Source: an uncultured virus (IMG/VR IMGVR_UViG_3300031993_000052) | Taxonomy: Duplodnaviria > Heunggongvirae > Uroviricota > Caudoviricetes | IMG/VR virus record: IMGVR_UViG_3300031993_000052 | Span: 1-64,000 of that record | Length of the DNA: 64,000 nt | Strand: one strand, 5' to 3' | In this document: positions 1-10,245 of the stretch, one piece after another | Numbering within the stretch: position 1 is the first letter of the stretch | How the letters are laid out: every line of letters begins with the position of its first letter | Translations under genes and position numbers: made by a program | Notes under the pieces: model-generated | What the model was told of the DNA's origin: nothing | What the model saw: the letters and a program-made list of their open reading frames with translations, nothing else | Database searches by the model: none

Positions 1-415
1 CAATGTCAATCCCGCTTTTTAGTTTTGGGATGTAAAGTTTGTTATCTTTTATTTTGAAGGATTGCTCCTGTGGTAGTTTGAACGACTGTCTGTCCCTTCT
101 GTTCTTGAACTTCGGATAGGAACTTCTATGCTTATAAAAATTCTCGTATGCAGTGTGCATATTTCTTAAACTACACTGCAAAACTTGTAAAGGAACACCT
201 TTCAGAAATTCAAATCCACCAGTCCTGCGTAATTCAGTTAATTTACTTGACTGAACATTATAAGAATCACTTGACTTTGTTTCTTCGTATTGATTTTTCT
301 TTTCATTGAGGAAATGGTTGTACACAAGTCTGCAACATCCAAATACATTGGCAAGATAAATCTCTTGCTCATTGTTCGGATACAACCTGAACTTGTATGT
401 GTACGTTCTTTCCAT
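1..415 (-). CDS. tnpB: RNA-guided endonuclease TnpB (IS200/IS605 OrfB family), N-terminal part; runs off the window
   Basis: Hand translation from ATG at 415: MERTYTYKFRLYPNNEQEIYLANVFGCCRLVYNHFL...LQCSLRNMHTAYENFYKHRSSYPKFK..., the typical OrfB HTH start (Y.FRLYP...FGC.R.VYN) and the PKFK motif. Absent from the ORF track because it is truncated. Confidence 0.85.
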   Translation of the reverse strand, partial: MERTYTYKFRLYPNNEQEIYLANVFGCCRLVYNHFLNEKKNQYEETKSSDSYNVQSSKLTELRRTGGFEFLKGVPLQVLQCSLRNMHTAYENFYKHRSSYPKFKNRRDRQSFKLPQEQSFKIKDNKLYIPKLKSGIDI

Positions 416-458
416 CTGATTGAAATACTGTACTATATTTATATCACTCACATTTTTA

Positions 459-481
459 CAAGACTAAAAGGGATAATTCCG
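459..481 (+). mobile_element. 23-bp terminal-inverted-repeat copy upstream of tnpB
   Basis: CAAGACTAAAAGGGATAATTCCG, identical to the right TIR at 31229-31251. Confidence 0.75.
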
Positions 482-587
482 ATTGAATATAATAAAAATG
501 CAAATTATGCACTATATGATACATATTTTGAAATATGAGTTATATGGTACATAATATATTTCCACGCGTTATTTATAACACACTGCA

Positions 588-595
588 TATAAATA
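588..595 (+). promoter_or_regulatory. T4-like late promoter TATAAATA (representative copy)
   Basis: Exact TATAAATA ~30 nt before gene 625. Also on + at 32372, 36492, 39033, 42613, 44669, 45524, 47561, 52144, 54177, 55166, and on - at 436, 570, 31177, 32326, 56322, 62850; nearly all lie just upstream of a start codon. Confidence 0.8.
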
Positions 596-624
596 TAGAT
601 AGATAATTAGTTTGCAAACAATTT

Positions 625-3600
625 ATGACATCACAGAACAATTTGTCCGAATTACTTTCAAAACTTCTGACACTCAACAAAAATTCAGTTGAGAGTTTCA
701 GCAAGGTGAACGAAGCAGTGACATCCGACTCCGAAACCGTCACGATAAACATAGAGAACCCTGACGGCAGCACCGACACGTTCACGATACCGAGTTTCGG
801 TTATCTGAAGAACTCGATAGAAAGACTGAACAACAACCTGAACGCTGTCGCCAACATAAACGGGGGCGGAAGCACCGTGCGTTTGAGCGACGGAACATAC
901 AGGAAAGTCCTTACATCGAAACTTCCGTCGGAGGCACCGACAATCACACGGATGAACTCCGTCAACACATTCAAGGTGAAAAGCAACTGGTTCTTTGAGA
1001 ATATGATGAACCCCCTGCTGTGTGTGACGGTCGACCTCACGGGTCAAATACCGCAGTCCACGGAAAACGTGGTTGTAAGAAGATACATCCTCGACACTGA
1101 CACCGACCAAAAGGAGACTTTGTTCCAATCGCAGTTCGCACAGAAACCTGACATAGACTACAACACATTCTTGCAGACCATTGTGGACAACGGAATCGGT
1201 TATGTCCTTGATGAGGAAACTGTGGCATTGCCGCCGCGTTCAAAACGATACGACGGGAAGTTCTCGGTCATAAAAATAACCAACGACACCGTGACCGAAC
1301 TCGTCAACGGTGTAAGCATAACAAGGACAAGGAAACTTGTCAAACTGAACACACTGTCATACAGCGACACGCTTTCTGGTTATCCGAACACTATGCAACT
1401 TGCGGTGGGGGACTCCCTTGAAGTGAACTCCAACCCTGTTGACACAAGATATATAATCAAGCAAATCGACACCTCCACAAACACGGTGGTGCTCGAACTC
1501 GTTGAAGGTTACAGGAGCGTCAGGATGGGTTCGGATTTCTTCAAGATTTCATCACAGAAAACCGAAACCATAAACCTCGACGTGACCGTCGGGTTCAACG
1601 AGCATTGCGTTGTGTTTGTCAAACCTGTCGATTCGGATTCCAACATTATGGCGACGGAATGGTCTCCAGGAACGGGTTTTGTCACCAACAACCTCACGTT
1701 CACGTCACAGGACGGAAAGATTATGACCTTGCAGCAATACTATCAGAAAAGTGTAGTGGACTTCGGCGCTTTCCTGTTGAGTTACGCCAACGACTGGTAC
1801 CCGTCCTCAAGCGAAGGTGTGACGCCTGACGCGCCTACGCTCTCACCGACAAACTTCAAGGTCGTGCAGATAAACAAACAGGTGACTGAATCCGACGACA
1901 TAAACAAGATAAAGCAACTGAATGCGGAAAAGGCAAACCTGTCCGACCAAATTTCGGCAAAGGGTATGGCGATAAACGACCTGAAAACAAAAATAAACAC
2001 GACAAACTATGTGTCGCCGACAATGCGAACCGCAGACATTTCCGAATTGCAGAACAAGATAAAGGACTATGAGTCGACAGTCAGCACCTACTCGTCCAAA
2101 GTAAGCGCAATATCCGCGCTGTCGGAATCAAGTTCGGTGGCGTCCGTCAGTCCGAAATTCAGAGTGCGCGGTTTTTGGGAAATGCCGCAGGAAAAATCCA
2201 CACCTGCGACAGGCGCACAGGCAATCATAAAATTCAAGATAAGGTACAGATACCTCAACCCCGACGGGGCGGCGAACGCGGTCGAACAGATTGGCGACAC
2301 GGCAAGCGGGACATTCTCGAACTACAATGTGATTGAAAGCGTGCTCCGTGAAAGAGTGAAGGACGCAAACGGGGTGTTCTATTGGAAACCGATTGATATG
2401 ACCGACTCCGACGAAATCAACATCAACCAACTCGACATCCCTATCACAAAGGGGGAGAAGGTTGAAATCCAAGTCAAGTCCGTTTCAGAGGCAGGGTTCC
2501 CGTCGAACCCGCTCGAAAGCGAATGGAGCGAACCGATGGTGGTTGAATTTCCTGAAGAGTTCAGCACGGACAGTCCTGTGGACAGCATCCTGAAATCGAA
2601 CTCCGCGGACGAAAGTCAAAGAATAGTGGACAATACGTTGAACTCAAGGGGGGTGACATCCCACGTTTCCGACTCGTTCAATGCAAACGGGGCGTCGTTC
2701 CTGCACACGGCAATGAGCATCGCTTCAGGTTTTGTCACAGACGAACAGACACCGATAAGTCTGTATCAGAAACTCGCGGATATGCAGCAGACCATAAACC
2801 AACTTGTCGAAATCATAGGAAACTCCACAGGTGTTATGTCAATGACGCTTTCAGACGAAAACGGAAACGTGTTCGACGTGAAACCCGACACCGTGACGAA
2901 GATTTATGCAGGCGCATACATCACGGAGTCGTCCAAACTCACAGTCAAGAAAGGCGCAATCATCACGAAGAACTACTCCATAAACATACACAACACTGCA
3001 CAGACAGGTCTCCGCCTCATCGCGAGCATCGCGGGAAGCAGAAGCGCTATGGTGAAGGAGAGCAACCTGTACCAAAACAACGCCGTCACGGTGAGGGAAG
3101 GTTACCCCAACATAGGAACATACGACGCACAGGACAACACCTACAACACATTCTACAGATACGACCTCGTGCCTGTGAATCTCTATGCCGCAGAATCATC
3201 GGAAACGGACGGCATCGTCGTTTCAATGAACGGATACCAATCCGCGCAATGCAGAAACCAATTCATCAATATGAGGTTCAAGGACATAAGCGGCGACATC
3301 AGTCTGTACAGAAAAACGGAACCAAGCGAACTGACTGCCAGAAGCAATGATTTCTACATAGGTGACACCGAACCCATAACAGAAGACAGTTTCTTCGGCA
3401 ACGAGTTCATAATGACGACAAACACGAATGAATACATAACAGAGTCGTTCATTTGGAACCCAGAATTGGGGTTCGGCACAGACGACGAACCCGTCGCCGC
3501 GTCGACATCGGTGCCGTACCACGGCAATCCGTCGTTTATGGTGCATATAGACCACCCCAGCATCGCGTCGGCGGACACTTGGTATGACAAGATAAAGGAA

Positions 3601-4425
3601 ATGTTCTCTCTCGGAGAACAGGACAGTGGCAACGACTACTATGCAAACGTCAACGCTTCCGACGCGTATGCGGAATATATGAACAGGTTCATATTCAGAC
3701 TTGCGAAGAACTTCCCGTACACGATAACAAACAACAGGAAAAACGATGTGACGATGAAGAAACAGAGAACTGTCACATCGAAGAACACAATCAACATACA
3801 GACTCCGTATGAATACTTGAGCGAGGAAATCCCACTCACAGAAAACAGAATAGAAAGCACAATCATCCCGTCCGACCAAAATGTCACGACAATCCCGATA
3901 GGAATCACGCACAAACTCGGATACGAACCGAACGACCAATACCTTCTCGGAAAGGACACCTGCACATCCTATCTGTTCCTCAATCCGCAGAACCACGCCG
4001 CCATACAGGTGGACGGTGACTCAAGAACATCGTCGAAGGTCGTCGGCGGAGGCGCTATGGTGTCGATACCCATCACATTCCAATACCGTATGACCGACTA
4101 TTGGGGCAGCGGCGAAAGCGGCAACGGCAGGATACTCGGAGACAGCAGCGTGTCCACGCAGAACAAGACGAACATCAACAACATCTGTATGTCGAACAGG
4201 GTCGGTATAGACGTGTGGAACTCAAAGGACGGAGTGGTTTCCTTCGACCTCGAAATCTACGCAACCTATGGCGACACCACGACCAACATTTCGCCAGACA
4301 CACTTGTCAAGTACAACGCGTCCACAATGAAAAACGCCGTGAACGGTTCAAAGAACACCGACAAGACAGTTGCGAAAACAACAGACATCATCGACATAAC
4401 ACCTGTCACATTGAAGAAAAAATAA
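625..4425 (+). CDS. large virion structural protein (tail/baseplate-like; coiled-coil plus beta-rich regions)
   Basis: 1266-aa ORF after a late promoter; T/S/N/D-rich; heptad segment ~aa 425-500. Family not recognised. Confidence 0.6.
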   Translation: MTSQNNLSELLSKLLTLNKNSVESFSKVNEAVTSDSETVTINIENPDGSTDTFTIPSFGYLKNSIERLNNNLNAVANINGGGSTVRLSDGTYRKVLTSKLPSEAPTITRMNSVNTFKVKSNWFFENMMNPLLCVTVDLTGQIPQSTENVVVRRYILDTDTDQKETLFQSQFAQKPDIDYNTFLQTIVDNGIGYVLDEETVALPPRSKRYDGKFSVIKITNDTVTELVNGVSITRTRKLVKLNTLSYSDTLSGYPNTMQLAVGDSLEVNSNPVDTRYIIKQIDTSTNTVVLELVEGYRSVRMGSDFFKISSQKTETINLDVTVGFNEHCVVFVKPVDSDSNIMATEWSPGTGFVTNNLTFTSQDGKIMTLQQYYQKSVVDFGAFLLSYANDWYPSSSEGVTPDAPTLSPTNFKVVQINKQVTESDDINKIKQLNAEKANLSDQISAKGMAINDLKTKINTTNYVSPTMRTADISELQNKIKDYESTVSTYSSKVSAISALSESSSVASVSPKFRVRGFWEMPQEKSTPATGAQAIIKFKIRYRYLNPDGAANAVEQIGDTASGTFSNYNVIESVLRERVKDANGVFYWKPIDMTDSDEININQLDIPITKGEKVEIQVKSVSEAGFPSNPLESEWSEPMVVEFPEEFSTDSPVDSILKSNSADESQRIVDNTLNSRGVTSHVSDSFNANGASFLHTAMSIASGFVTDEQTPISLYQKLADMQQTINQLVEIIGNSTGVMSMTLSDENGNVFDVKPDTVTKIYAGAYITESSKLTVKKGAIITKNYSINIHNTAQTGLRLIASIAGSRSAMVKESNLYQNNAVTVREGYPNIGTYDAQDNTYNTFYRYDLVPVNLYAAESSETDGIVVSMNGYQSAQCRNQFINMRFKDISGDISLYRKTEPSELTARSNDFYIGDTEPITEDSFFGNEFIMTTNTNEYITESFIWNPELGFGTDDEPVAASTSVPYHGNPSFMVHIDHPSIASADTWYDKIKEMFSLGEQDSGNDYYANVNASDAYAEYMNRFIFRLAKNFPYTITNNRKNDVTMKKQRTVTSKNTINIQTPYEYLSEEIPLTENRIESTIIPSDQNVTTIPIGITHKLGYEPNDQYLLGKDTCTSYLFLNPQNHAAIQVDGDSRTSSKVVGGGAMVSIPITFQYRMTDYWGSGESGNGRILGDSSVSTQNKTNINNICMSNRVGIDVWNSKDGVVSFDLEIYATYGDTTTNISPDTLVKYNASTMKNAVNGSKNTDKTVAKTTDIIDITPVTLKKK

Positions 4426-4437
4426 CACCACACCTTT

Positions 4438-7400
4438 ATGGCACAGTTTCCACAGACACCGATTGGCGGCATAGACGATATGCTTGACAACGCATCCGAA
4501 ATGCTGTTGCGCACAAATCCGAAACTCACAACCAACGTCAAACTGATGACGAACGGAAAGGGTTTGTGGATGGAAAGTTACAGCGCAGACAAGGCATTGT
4601 CCGACAGCAGGTACAAATCCGTCAAGGTGTCCCCGCTCTCGTCATACAGGAAAGACCTTGTAAGTTTCTACAACGGACTCGACAAGACGTCCGCATACGC
4701 CGTTATGGAGGAATACGACAGCGAAAGCGTGAAGGACAACTATGCCGCCCAATACGAGACCTTCTATTGGGCTGGGTGCGAAAGGATTGACTCACTCGAA
4801 TACGACGAGGATATGGGGATGTCCGCCCCGCTTTGGATTTCCGACAAAATGCCTGAAATGTTCGTCATATTCAGAGTCGACGAACCTTCAATATCAAGAC
4901 CGTCAAACCAATCTGAATTTGACTTCAGACGCGACATACTTGAAAAATGCACGATAGTCAGGACGTTCGACCTGACTGAAAACTCACCGATTGGAATGTA
5001 CATAAGGAACTATGCCGCCGAAAAGGGGTTTCCGAAATCGCCAATCACACTGTCGTTGGAACCCGAAACCGTTATGACATACAACGGAATATCATACAAG
5101 AACGGGGAATTTACATCCGCAGTCGAACATTGCCACGAACTTCTGTATGAACACGACGACACAATACTCTCGCTCGAAAAACACATCACGGAAGGATTTG
5201 AACGGAACGGCATAGTGTGCGCAAACCTTATCAACATAGAGTTCCTTTTCGACGACAACGACGCGCAGGAATACTCCATAAACAGATACTTCGGTCTATA
5301 CTGCAACGCCATAGAGGACGCACCGTTCTCACTCGACTGCGAACGCCTGAAATATATGGACAACGAATACCAAGGGAACCCGTCCAAATTCAGTCTGTAC
5401 AGTCAGCGCAACCTTACCGCCGACAACACGCGCGGCGTGGTAATACCCTACACACCGCACGGGAGCATTGACAGGAACCCTTTGCAGGAAGACATAGAAA
5501 ACCTCGACTGCGTGTTCTGCATAAAAGACATAGAAAATTCTATGCACGATATATCAACGATATATCAAAACAACACAATGCGACTGACAGACAAGAAGTT
5601 GAAACTGAATTTGTTGAACGGACTCATTCCGCTTGAAAGCGCAGTTCCCTGCACCTATGACACAAAACCAGTTTCCGCACAGGTGTATATGAATGTGAAC
5701 AGGGACATCCCGACATACACAAAAATATCATTGTGGCAGACCATAGGCGGAGACACAAACCTCATCGGGCAAATCATATCGTCATACATCACGGACGACA
5801 ACGACAACGTGTTGGACATTCAGGGTTGGTTCGACAACGACCAATTCTACGGACGCGGCGAGACTGAAAAAATCGCAGACGCGATTTGCAACTCATTCAA
5901 CTCGACATTCGACACAGGGATAAGAGCGTACAGGAACGGGAGCACCGTCATACTCTCCGCCGACAACCCGTCGTCGACCTATGAATCCTACTCAATCACA
6001 ATAGACGACTGCTCGGATATGGGATGCGTGACAATGGGGAACGGTGCTTTCACAGGCGACTGCACATTCGGACACCTTGTCGTCGGAAAAGACAGCATAG
6101 GTTCATTCACAATCGGCGACTATGTAAGGTCTATGTCAAGGAACGGGTACGCAAGGATAACAGCAGTCGCAATCAACACGGAGGCGCAGACAGACGGTCA
6201 CGTTCTCAAATACACGGACGGCATCAAATACAACGTCCTGACAGACGAGGATGTATGCGGGGTTTCAAGGAACAACACGGTCGAGACATTCAGGGAGTTC
6301 ACTCCTTCGTTTTGCAGACTTTCGTTCTTTCCTGTAAAGGACTTCAACTATTCCACATACGGAAAGAGCGTTTGGGGGGAGATGGGCGAACTCGAATATG
6401 AGAAATCCCTCATCGAGAACCTGACAACGGAAACCGAAATCGAATACAACGCGATGGACGACATAGAACCGCTCGAAAGAGTGGTGGTCGGCATAGAGGA
6501 CTACACACTTGAAGTCCTGTTGGACACAGACGACGCAATCCTCCCTTTCGGGGAAGAGGACTCCTACACAGTAAGGGTCGAACAGGTCGGAGACCCTGCC
6601 GACAGCACCTATGAGGTGACATTGGATATGTCGGTGGAGAACACGCGCTCGGTCGAAAGCGAATACAACAAGATAACAAAGACAGGGTTCAACTTCGCAA
6701 CGCTTTCCACATCGCTCAACAAGAACGAGGAAATTTACATAGACAACGAATACACAAGGTGCTACGAGAACTATGCGTCCCAACTTATGCTCCTCTCAAA
6801 GACCCAACCTTGGATTTGCAAATGGGTGGCGACCGACGGCACGGACATCAGGTGCAACCCCTACCGACTGAACACAAGTCCCGCTTTCGGGCAACTGTCG
6901 TTCTCGCCTGACCACAGGTCGTTCTCGCCTGACACAAACCTGTTCAATCAGGAGTGGGGGTACATATTCGACAAGGTGCCTGAAAGAATGGCAGAAGGCA
7001 ACGATGTGAGCAGGATATGGAGTTACATCGGGGAAAGCGTCACAAAGGACGAAGGCGGAACCATATACGACAACGACCTCGAACGCAACCTGAAATGCAC
7101 CGACCAAGATTGGTTCGACACATATTTCAAAAGGGACTACCTGATTTACGGCGGGGAGAACGACGACACGTTCGCAGACACGCTCGACTATGTGAAGAAA
7201 TACACTAACTTCACAGGAGGAAACGACAATGTGAGCAGTTCCACATTCTTTATGGGTACAAAAATAGAAATCATAGAGAAATCCGATTGGTCGGAGGAGG
7301 TGTCCAACAACCTCGCCAACATAAAGAAACTGTATGGCGGCAAGATGAACGGTTACAGGTTCACGGCGGTGCTTGTCCCGATTTCCGTGACGGACGCAAC

Positions 7401-9183
7401 CGCCATAGGGGACATAAAGACCAAAGTCATACGCAACGACGTGTTCAAGTTCGTTGTGTTGGTCGTATATGTGGTAAGGCAATACAACGACGCGATAGAC
7501 GTCATCGCGGAGGACGAACCCGAACAGCACAGCATATCCATAGACACCATCAACAGATATGTGCTGTATTCGCCGCAGGACAATGTCCTGAACGTGGAGA
7601 ACACCACGCCGATAACTATGCTCGGCGTAGGAAAGATAACGTCAATCATAAAGGAAAGCGGGCAACTGTACACCATATACGGGGAGAACACGAACTTCAC
7701 AAACGATTTCATACCGTATACAGACCACAACACAATAAACGATGTGCCATACAACAAGGAATTGGTACTTGTGAGAAACTACCATTCACAGTCGCCGACC
7801 AAGTTCTTTTCCACATTCGTCATACAGGACGTCATATCAGACACGCAAATGACAGCGGTGCTCGACAGCGACACGCAAAACCCGTTCTCCGCATACGGGA
7901 GGATTCTCAACCTCCATATCCCTATGTGGAACCAAGACGTAGTCTGCTTCTACACGAATACGGACGCAAACGAACCGAGACTCGACACATCGGCATACTT
8001 TGTCGCCAACTGCGACTATGCACAGTTTGCAAGCGCGCTCAACAGATGTGTGTTCGGTTCCATATTCCACGACATCAACGTGATGCAGAAGGAAAACGTG
8101 GTGTATGAACTCGTGGACAAGGACGGCGTGCTGCACACAAGCGAAGGTGAAAACGCAGAGTACCCATACGCAATTATGTTTGTCAAACCGAAGGACAACG
8201 CAAAATACAACTACCTGACAATGAAGTTCGACGGTCAGACAATCGACTACGCGATAATTGCGAACTCCGCATTCCCTATGTTCAGGCACGGATGGGACTT
8301 CACACCGCACAGGACGGAAATACTCAAGTTCAAAGACCCCTATATAGAAGGGATAACAGGTCAACTTTCACCGCACAGGAAATACCTGCTTGAGTCATCA
8401 AGGCACAAAAACACCTGTTTCGCCTCAACGTACAAATCGTTCGCGACGCTTGCACTCGCGTTCCACAGGGCGAACGACAGAAACAGCAATGTGTTCAGAC
8501 TGAAGGAGGGCGACAGACCGCTCTACCCAGTAAGCAACAAGTTCGCAATCGGAACAAGGTCTTTCAACGTGTTCAACTCGCCTTGGGACGCGGGGCACTA
8601 CACGACCACGCTTTCGGAAATCAGCGAGGTGGAATCGCACGGGACTCTTTCAATGAAGGAGCACAAGTCGTTCCTCGCGACGACCTCTATGAAAACGCCA
8701 GACACCATAACACTCGAAACATTCGTACCGTCTGAAACCGAAACCGACAACGCGACCTGCATCCACGAGGAACGCAACGGGAACGTCGTGTTCGACCTCC
8801 TCGTGGAGAAACGCCTCATAATGTATTTCAGGCAGCACCTCGAAAGCGTGTTCGCCGAATACATAGCGGTCGAATACTCCTACGGGGACAAGACGACCAT
8901 CGACGACGACATCGAGGCGTACATAAGGCAGAACCTCCTTTCATTGTACAAGTTGGAGGAAATCACATTCTATGTGAAGGAAACCACGTCCGACACCCTT
9001 GTATATGACTATTCGTTCATAGACAAGTCCGACAATATGAAGAGACGCAACGGTCTGAAACAGGACAAGTCGATTGGACTGAAAACAACCCCGCAATCCG
9101 TTTTCGACAGGCGCATAACATTCAACACCAAACCAAAAAGGACTTACTCGTTCGGAATGTCGGTCAGGATAACAAGAAGGTGA
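4438..9183 (+). CDS. large putative virion structural protein
   Basis: 1581-aa ORF 12 nt after the previous late gene and followed by a terminator. Family not recognised. Confidence 0.55.
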   Translation: MAQFPQTPIGGIDDMLDNASEMLLRTNPKLTTNVKLMTNGKGLWMESYSADKALSDSRYKSVKVSPLSSYRKDLVSFYNGLDKTSAYAVMEEYDSESVKDNYAAQYETFYWAGCERIDSLEYDEDMGMSAPLWISDKMPEMFVIFRVDEPSISRPSNQSEFDFRRDILEKCTIVRTFDLTENSPIGMYIRNYAAEKGFPKSPITLSLEPETVMTYNGISYKNGEFTSAVEHCHELLYEHDDTILSLEKHITEGFERNGIVCANLINIEFLFDDNDAQEYSINRYFGLYCNAIEDAPFSLDCERLKYMDNEYQGNPSKFSLYSQRNLTADNTRGVVIPYTPHGSIDRNPLQEDIENLDCVFCIKDIENSMHDISTIYQNNTMRLTDKKLKLNLLNGLIPLESAVPCTYDTKPVSAQVYMNVNRDIPTYTKISLWQTIGGDTNLIGQIISSYITDDNDNVLDIQGWFDNDQFYGRGETEKIADAICNSFNSTFDTGIRAYRNGSTVILSADNPSSTYESYSITIDDCSDMGCVTMGNGAFTGDCTFGHLVVGKDSIGSFTIGDYVRSMSRNGYARITAVAINTEAQTDGHVLKYTDGIKYNVLTDEDVCGVSRNNTVETFREFTPSFCRLSFFPVKDFNYSTYGKSVWGEMGELEYEKSLIENLTTETEIEYNAMDDIEPLERVVVGIEDYTLEVLLDTDDAILPFGEEDSYTVRVEQVGDPADSTYEVTLDMSVENTRSVESEYNKITKTGFNFATLSTSLNKNEEIYIDNEYTRCYENYASQLMLLSKTQPWICKWVATDGTDIRCNPYRLNTSPAFGQLSFSPDHRSFSPDTNLFNQEWGYIFDKVPERMAEGNDVSRIWSYIGESVTKDEGGTIYDNDLERNLKCTDQDWFDTYFKRDYLIYGGENDDTFADTLDYVKKYTNFTGGNDNVSSSTFFMGTKIEIIEKSDWSEEVSNNLANIKKLYGGKMNGYRFTAVLVPISVTDATAIGDIKTKVIRNDVFKFVVLVVYVVRQYNDAIDVIAEDEPEQHSISIDTINRYVLYSPQDNVLNVENTTPITMLGVGKITSIIKESGQLYTIYGENTNFTNDFIPYTDHNTINDVPYNKELVLVRNYHSQSPTKFFSTFVIQDVISDTQMTAVLDSDTQNPFSAYGRILNLHIPMWNQDVVCFYTNTDANEPRLDTSAYFVANCDYAQFASALNRCVFGSIFHDINVMQKENVVYELVDKDGVLHTSEGENAEYPYAIMFVKPKDNAKYNYLTMKFDGQTIDYAIIANSAFPMFRHGWDFTPHRTEILKFKDPYIEGITGQLSPHRKYLLESSRHKNTCFASTYKSFATLALAFHRANDRNSNVFRLKEGDRPLYPVSNKFAIGTRSFNVFNSPWDAGHYTTTLSEISEVESHGTLSMKEHKSFLATTSMKTPDTITLETFVPSETETDNATCIHEERNGNVVFDLLVEKRLIMYFRQHLESVFAEYIAVEYSYGDKTTIDDDIEAYIRQNLLSLYKLEEITFYVKETTSDTLVYDYSFIDKSDNMKRRNGLKQDKSIGLKTTPQSVFDRRITFNTKPKRTYSFGMSVRITRR

Positions 9184-9188
9184 AAATT

Positions 9189-9215
9189 AAACGCAGGCAA
9201 ACCGCCTGCGTTTTT
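9189..9215 (+). terminator. intrinsic terminator
   Basis: AAACGCAGGC-aaacc-GCCTGCGTTTTT hairpin plus T-tract after the stop codon. Confidence 0.8.
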
Positions 9216-9221
9216 CATTTT

Positions 9222-9243
9222 GGAATTATCGCTTTTAGTCTTG
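9222..9243 (-). repeat. degenerate copy of the TIR (left-end orientation)
   Basis: GGAATTATCGCTTTTAGTCTTG, 21/22 identical to 30220-30241; no partner end found. Confidence 0.65.
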
Positions 9244-9263
9244 TATATGCAGGTTGCAACCGT

Positions 9264-9479
9264 CTAATCGTCGCAATCGCAAAAACCCGTGGCGATATGC
9301 TCACCGCAATACGGGCAGTTATGGTTCCGACCACCTTTAACCAAAAGCGTGTGTTCGGTCATAAAAGTACCGCAATGCGGACATCTTGTTATCCTTACGG
9401 ACAGGTCTTCACCTTTACGCCCGTGATACAATGCCTTCTGCTTTTCTTCAGGCAAACTATGCAAACATTCTTCTGTCAT
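9264..9479 (-). CDS. small zinc-ribbon protein
   Basis: 71 aa with CPHC...CPYC; a CCATTATATTCAA promoter-like motif lies upstream on the minus strand. Confidence 0.55.
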   Translation of the reverse strand: MTEECLHSLPEEKQKALYHGRKGEDLSVRITRCPHCGTFMTEHTLLVKGGRNHNCPYCGEHIATGFCDCDD

Positions 9480-9960
9480 ATCATTTCACCAATTTATCTG
9501 AATATATTTGAATATAATGGAAACCAATTCACCAATCAATCCTATATCGAAAATCCAAATGCACATTCACAACCAATGGTAAAATATCAAACCGAACAAA
9601 CCATATACAATCATTCAAACCAACCAACCTATGTCCAAACCAATCAATCTTATATCGAAATTCCAAACCAATAAAACAGATACAGACCATTCAGACTATC
9701 CAAACCATCCAACCATACAAACATCCAAAAAAAAAATATCAAAGCAAAAAAAAAAAAACAATTCAAAAAAGTGGACCAAAAAAAAGGCAGACAACCAGGC
9801 ATATTACTGATATAATTAGAATTTGGAGATTTTGCTTGTAACATTCCTTTTTTCAATTTGATATATGTTGCGTTTATGTGTGATATATCATTGATATATC
9901 GTTTTTTGTTTTTAATATGCAGTTTGTGTATTTTTCTACGTCTTGTGTAAAAAATGTCCT
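9480..9960. other. candidate replication origin (AT-rich, strand-asymmetric, iteron-like repeats)
   Basis: G-poor A/C tract, two copies of ACCAATCAATCYTATATCGAAA (9531, 9639), poly-A runs, divergent flanking genes, and an apparent C>G to G>C skew switch. Confidence 0.45.
9882..9900. repeat. dispersed GATATATC-N3-GATATATC motif (representative of 11 copies)
   Basis: Copies start at 5548, 9882, 16385, 21012, 24995, 32340, 36496, 45429, 51283, 54154 and 58214. Confidence 0.85.
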
Positions 9961-9962
9961 TC

Positions 9963-9975
9963 TTTTTGTTATATT
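9963..9975 (+). promoter_or_regulatory. putative early/middle promoter TTTTTRTTATATT (representative copy)
   Basis: Same motif at 15090, 20998, 25618, 31258, 33497, 51318 (+) and ~485, ~31195 (-), usually with an A-tract ~10-15 nt upstream and directly before an operon start. Confidence 0.7.
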
Positions 9976-9999
9976 AAAACAAATCAAATATTTCAGAAT

Positions 10000-10245
10000 A
10001 TGGCAAAAACACAGTTAATCAAAATGGACGGCGTCATAACGGACGACCTGTCGAACTGCAAGTACAAGGTTGTGCTTGACAATGGAAAGGAACTCATCGC
10101 CTATGTTTCAGGCAAGATGCGCAAGAACAACATCAGGGTTATGCCCGGCGACTCGGTTACAATCGAAATCAGTCCCTACGACCTTGACAACGGACGCATT
10201 GTTTACCGCAAGAAAGTGACGCAGGATGAGAATACTGAATGTTAA
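10000..10245 (+). CDS. infA: translation initiation factor IF-1
   Basis: MAKTQLIKMDGVI...V.LDNG...AYVSGKMRKNNIRVMPGDSVTIEISPYDLDNGRIVYR matches the IF-1 consensus. Confidence 0.95.
   Translation: MAKTQLIKMDGVITDDLSNCKYKVVLDNGKELIAYVSGKMRKNNIRVMPGDSVTIEISPYDLDNGRIVYRKKVTQDENTEC

Noticed and set aside
9180..9674. 164-aa plus-strand ORF
   Set aside because: It starts at a GTG overlapping the previous stop, crosses a terminator and low-complexity DNA, and is antisense to a more plausible Zn-ribbon gene.
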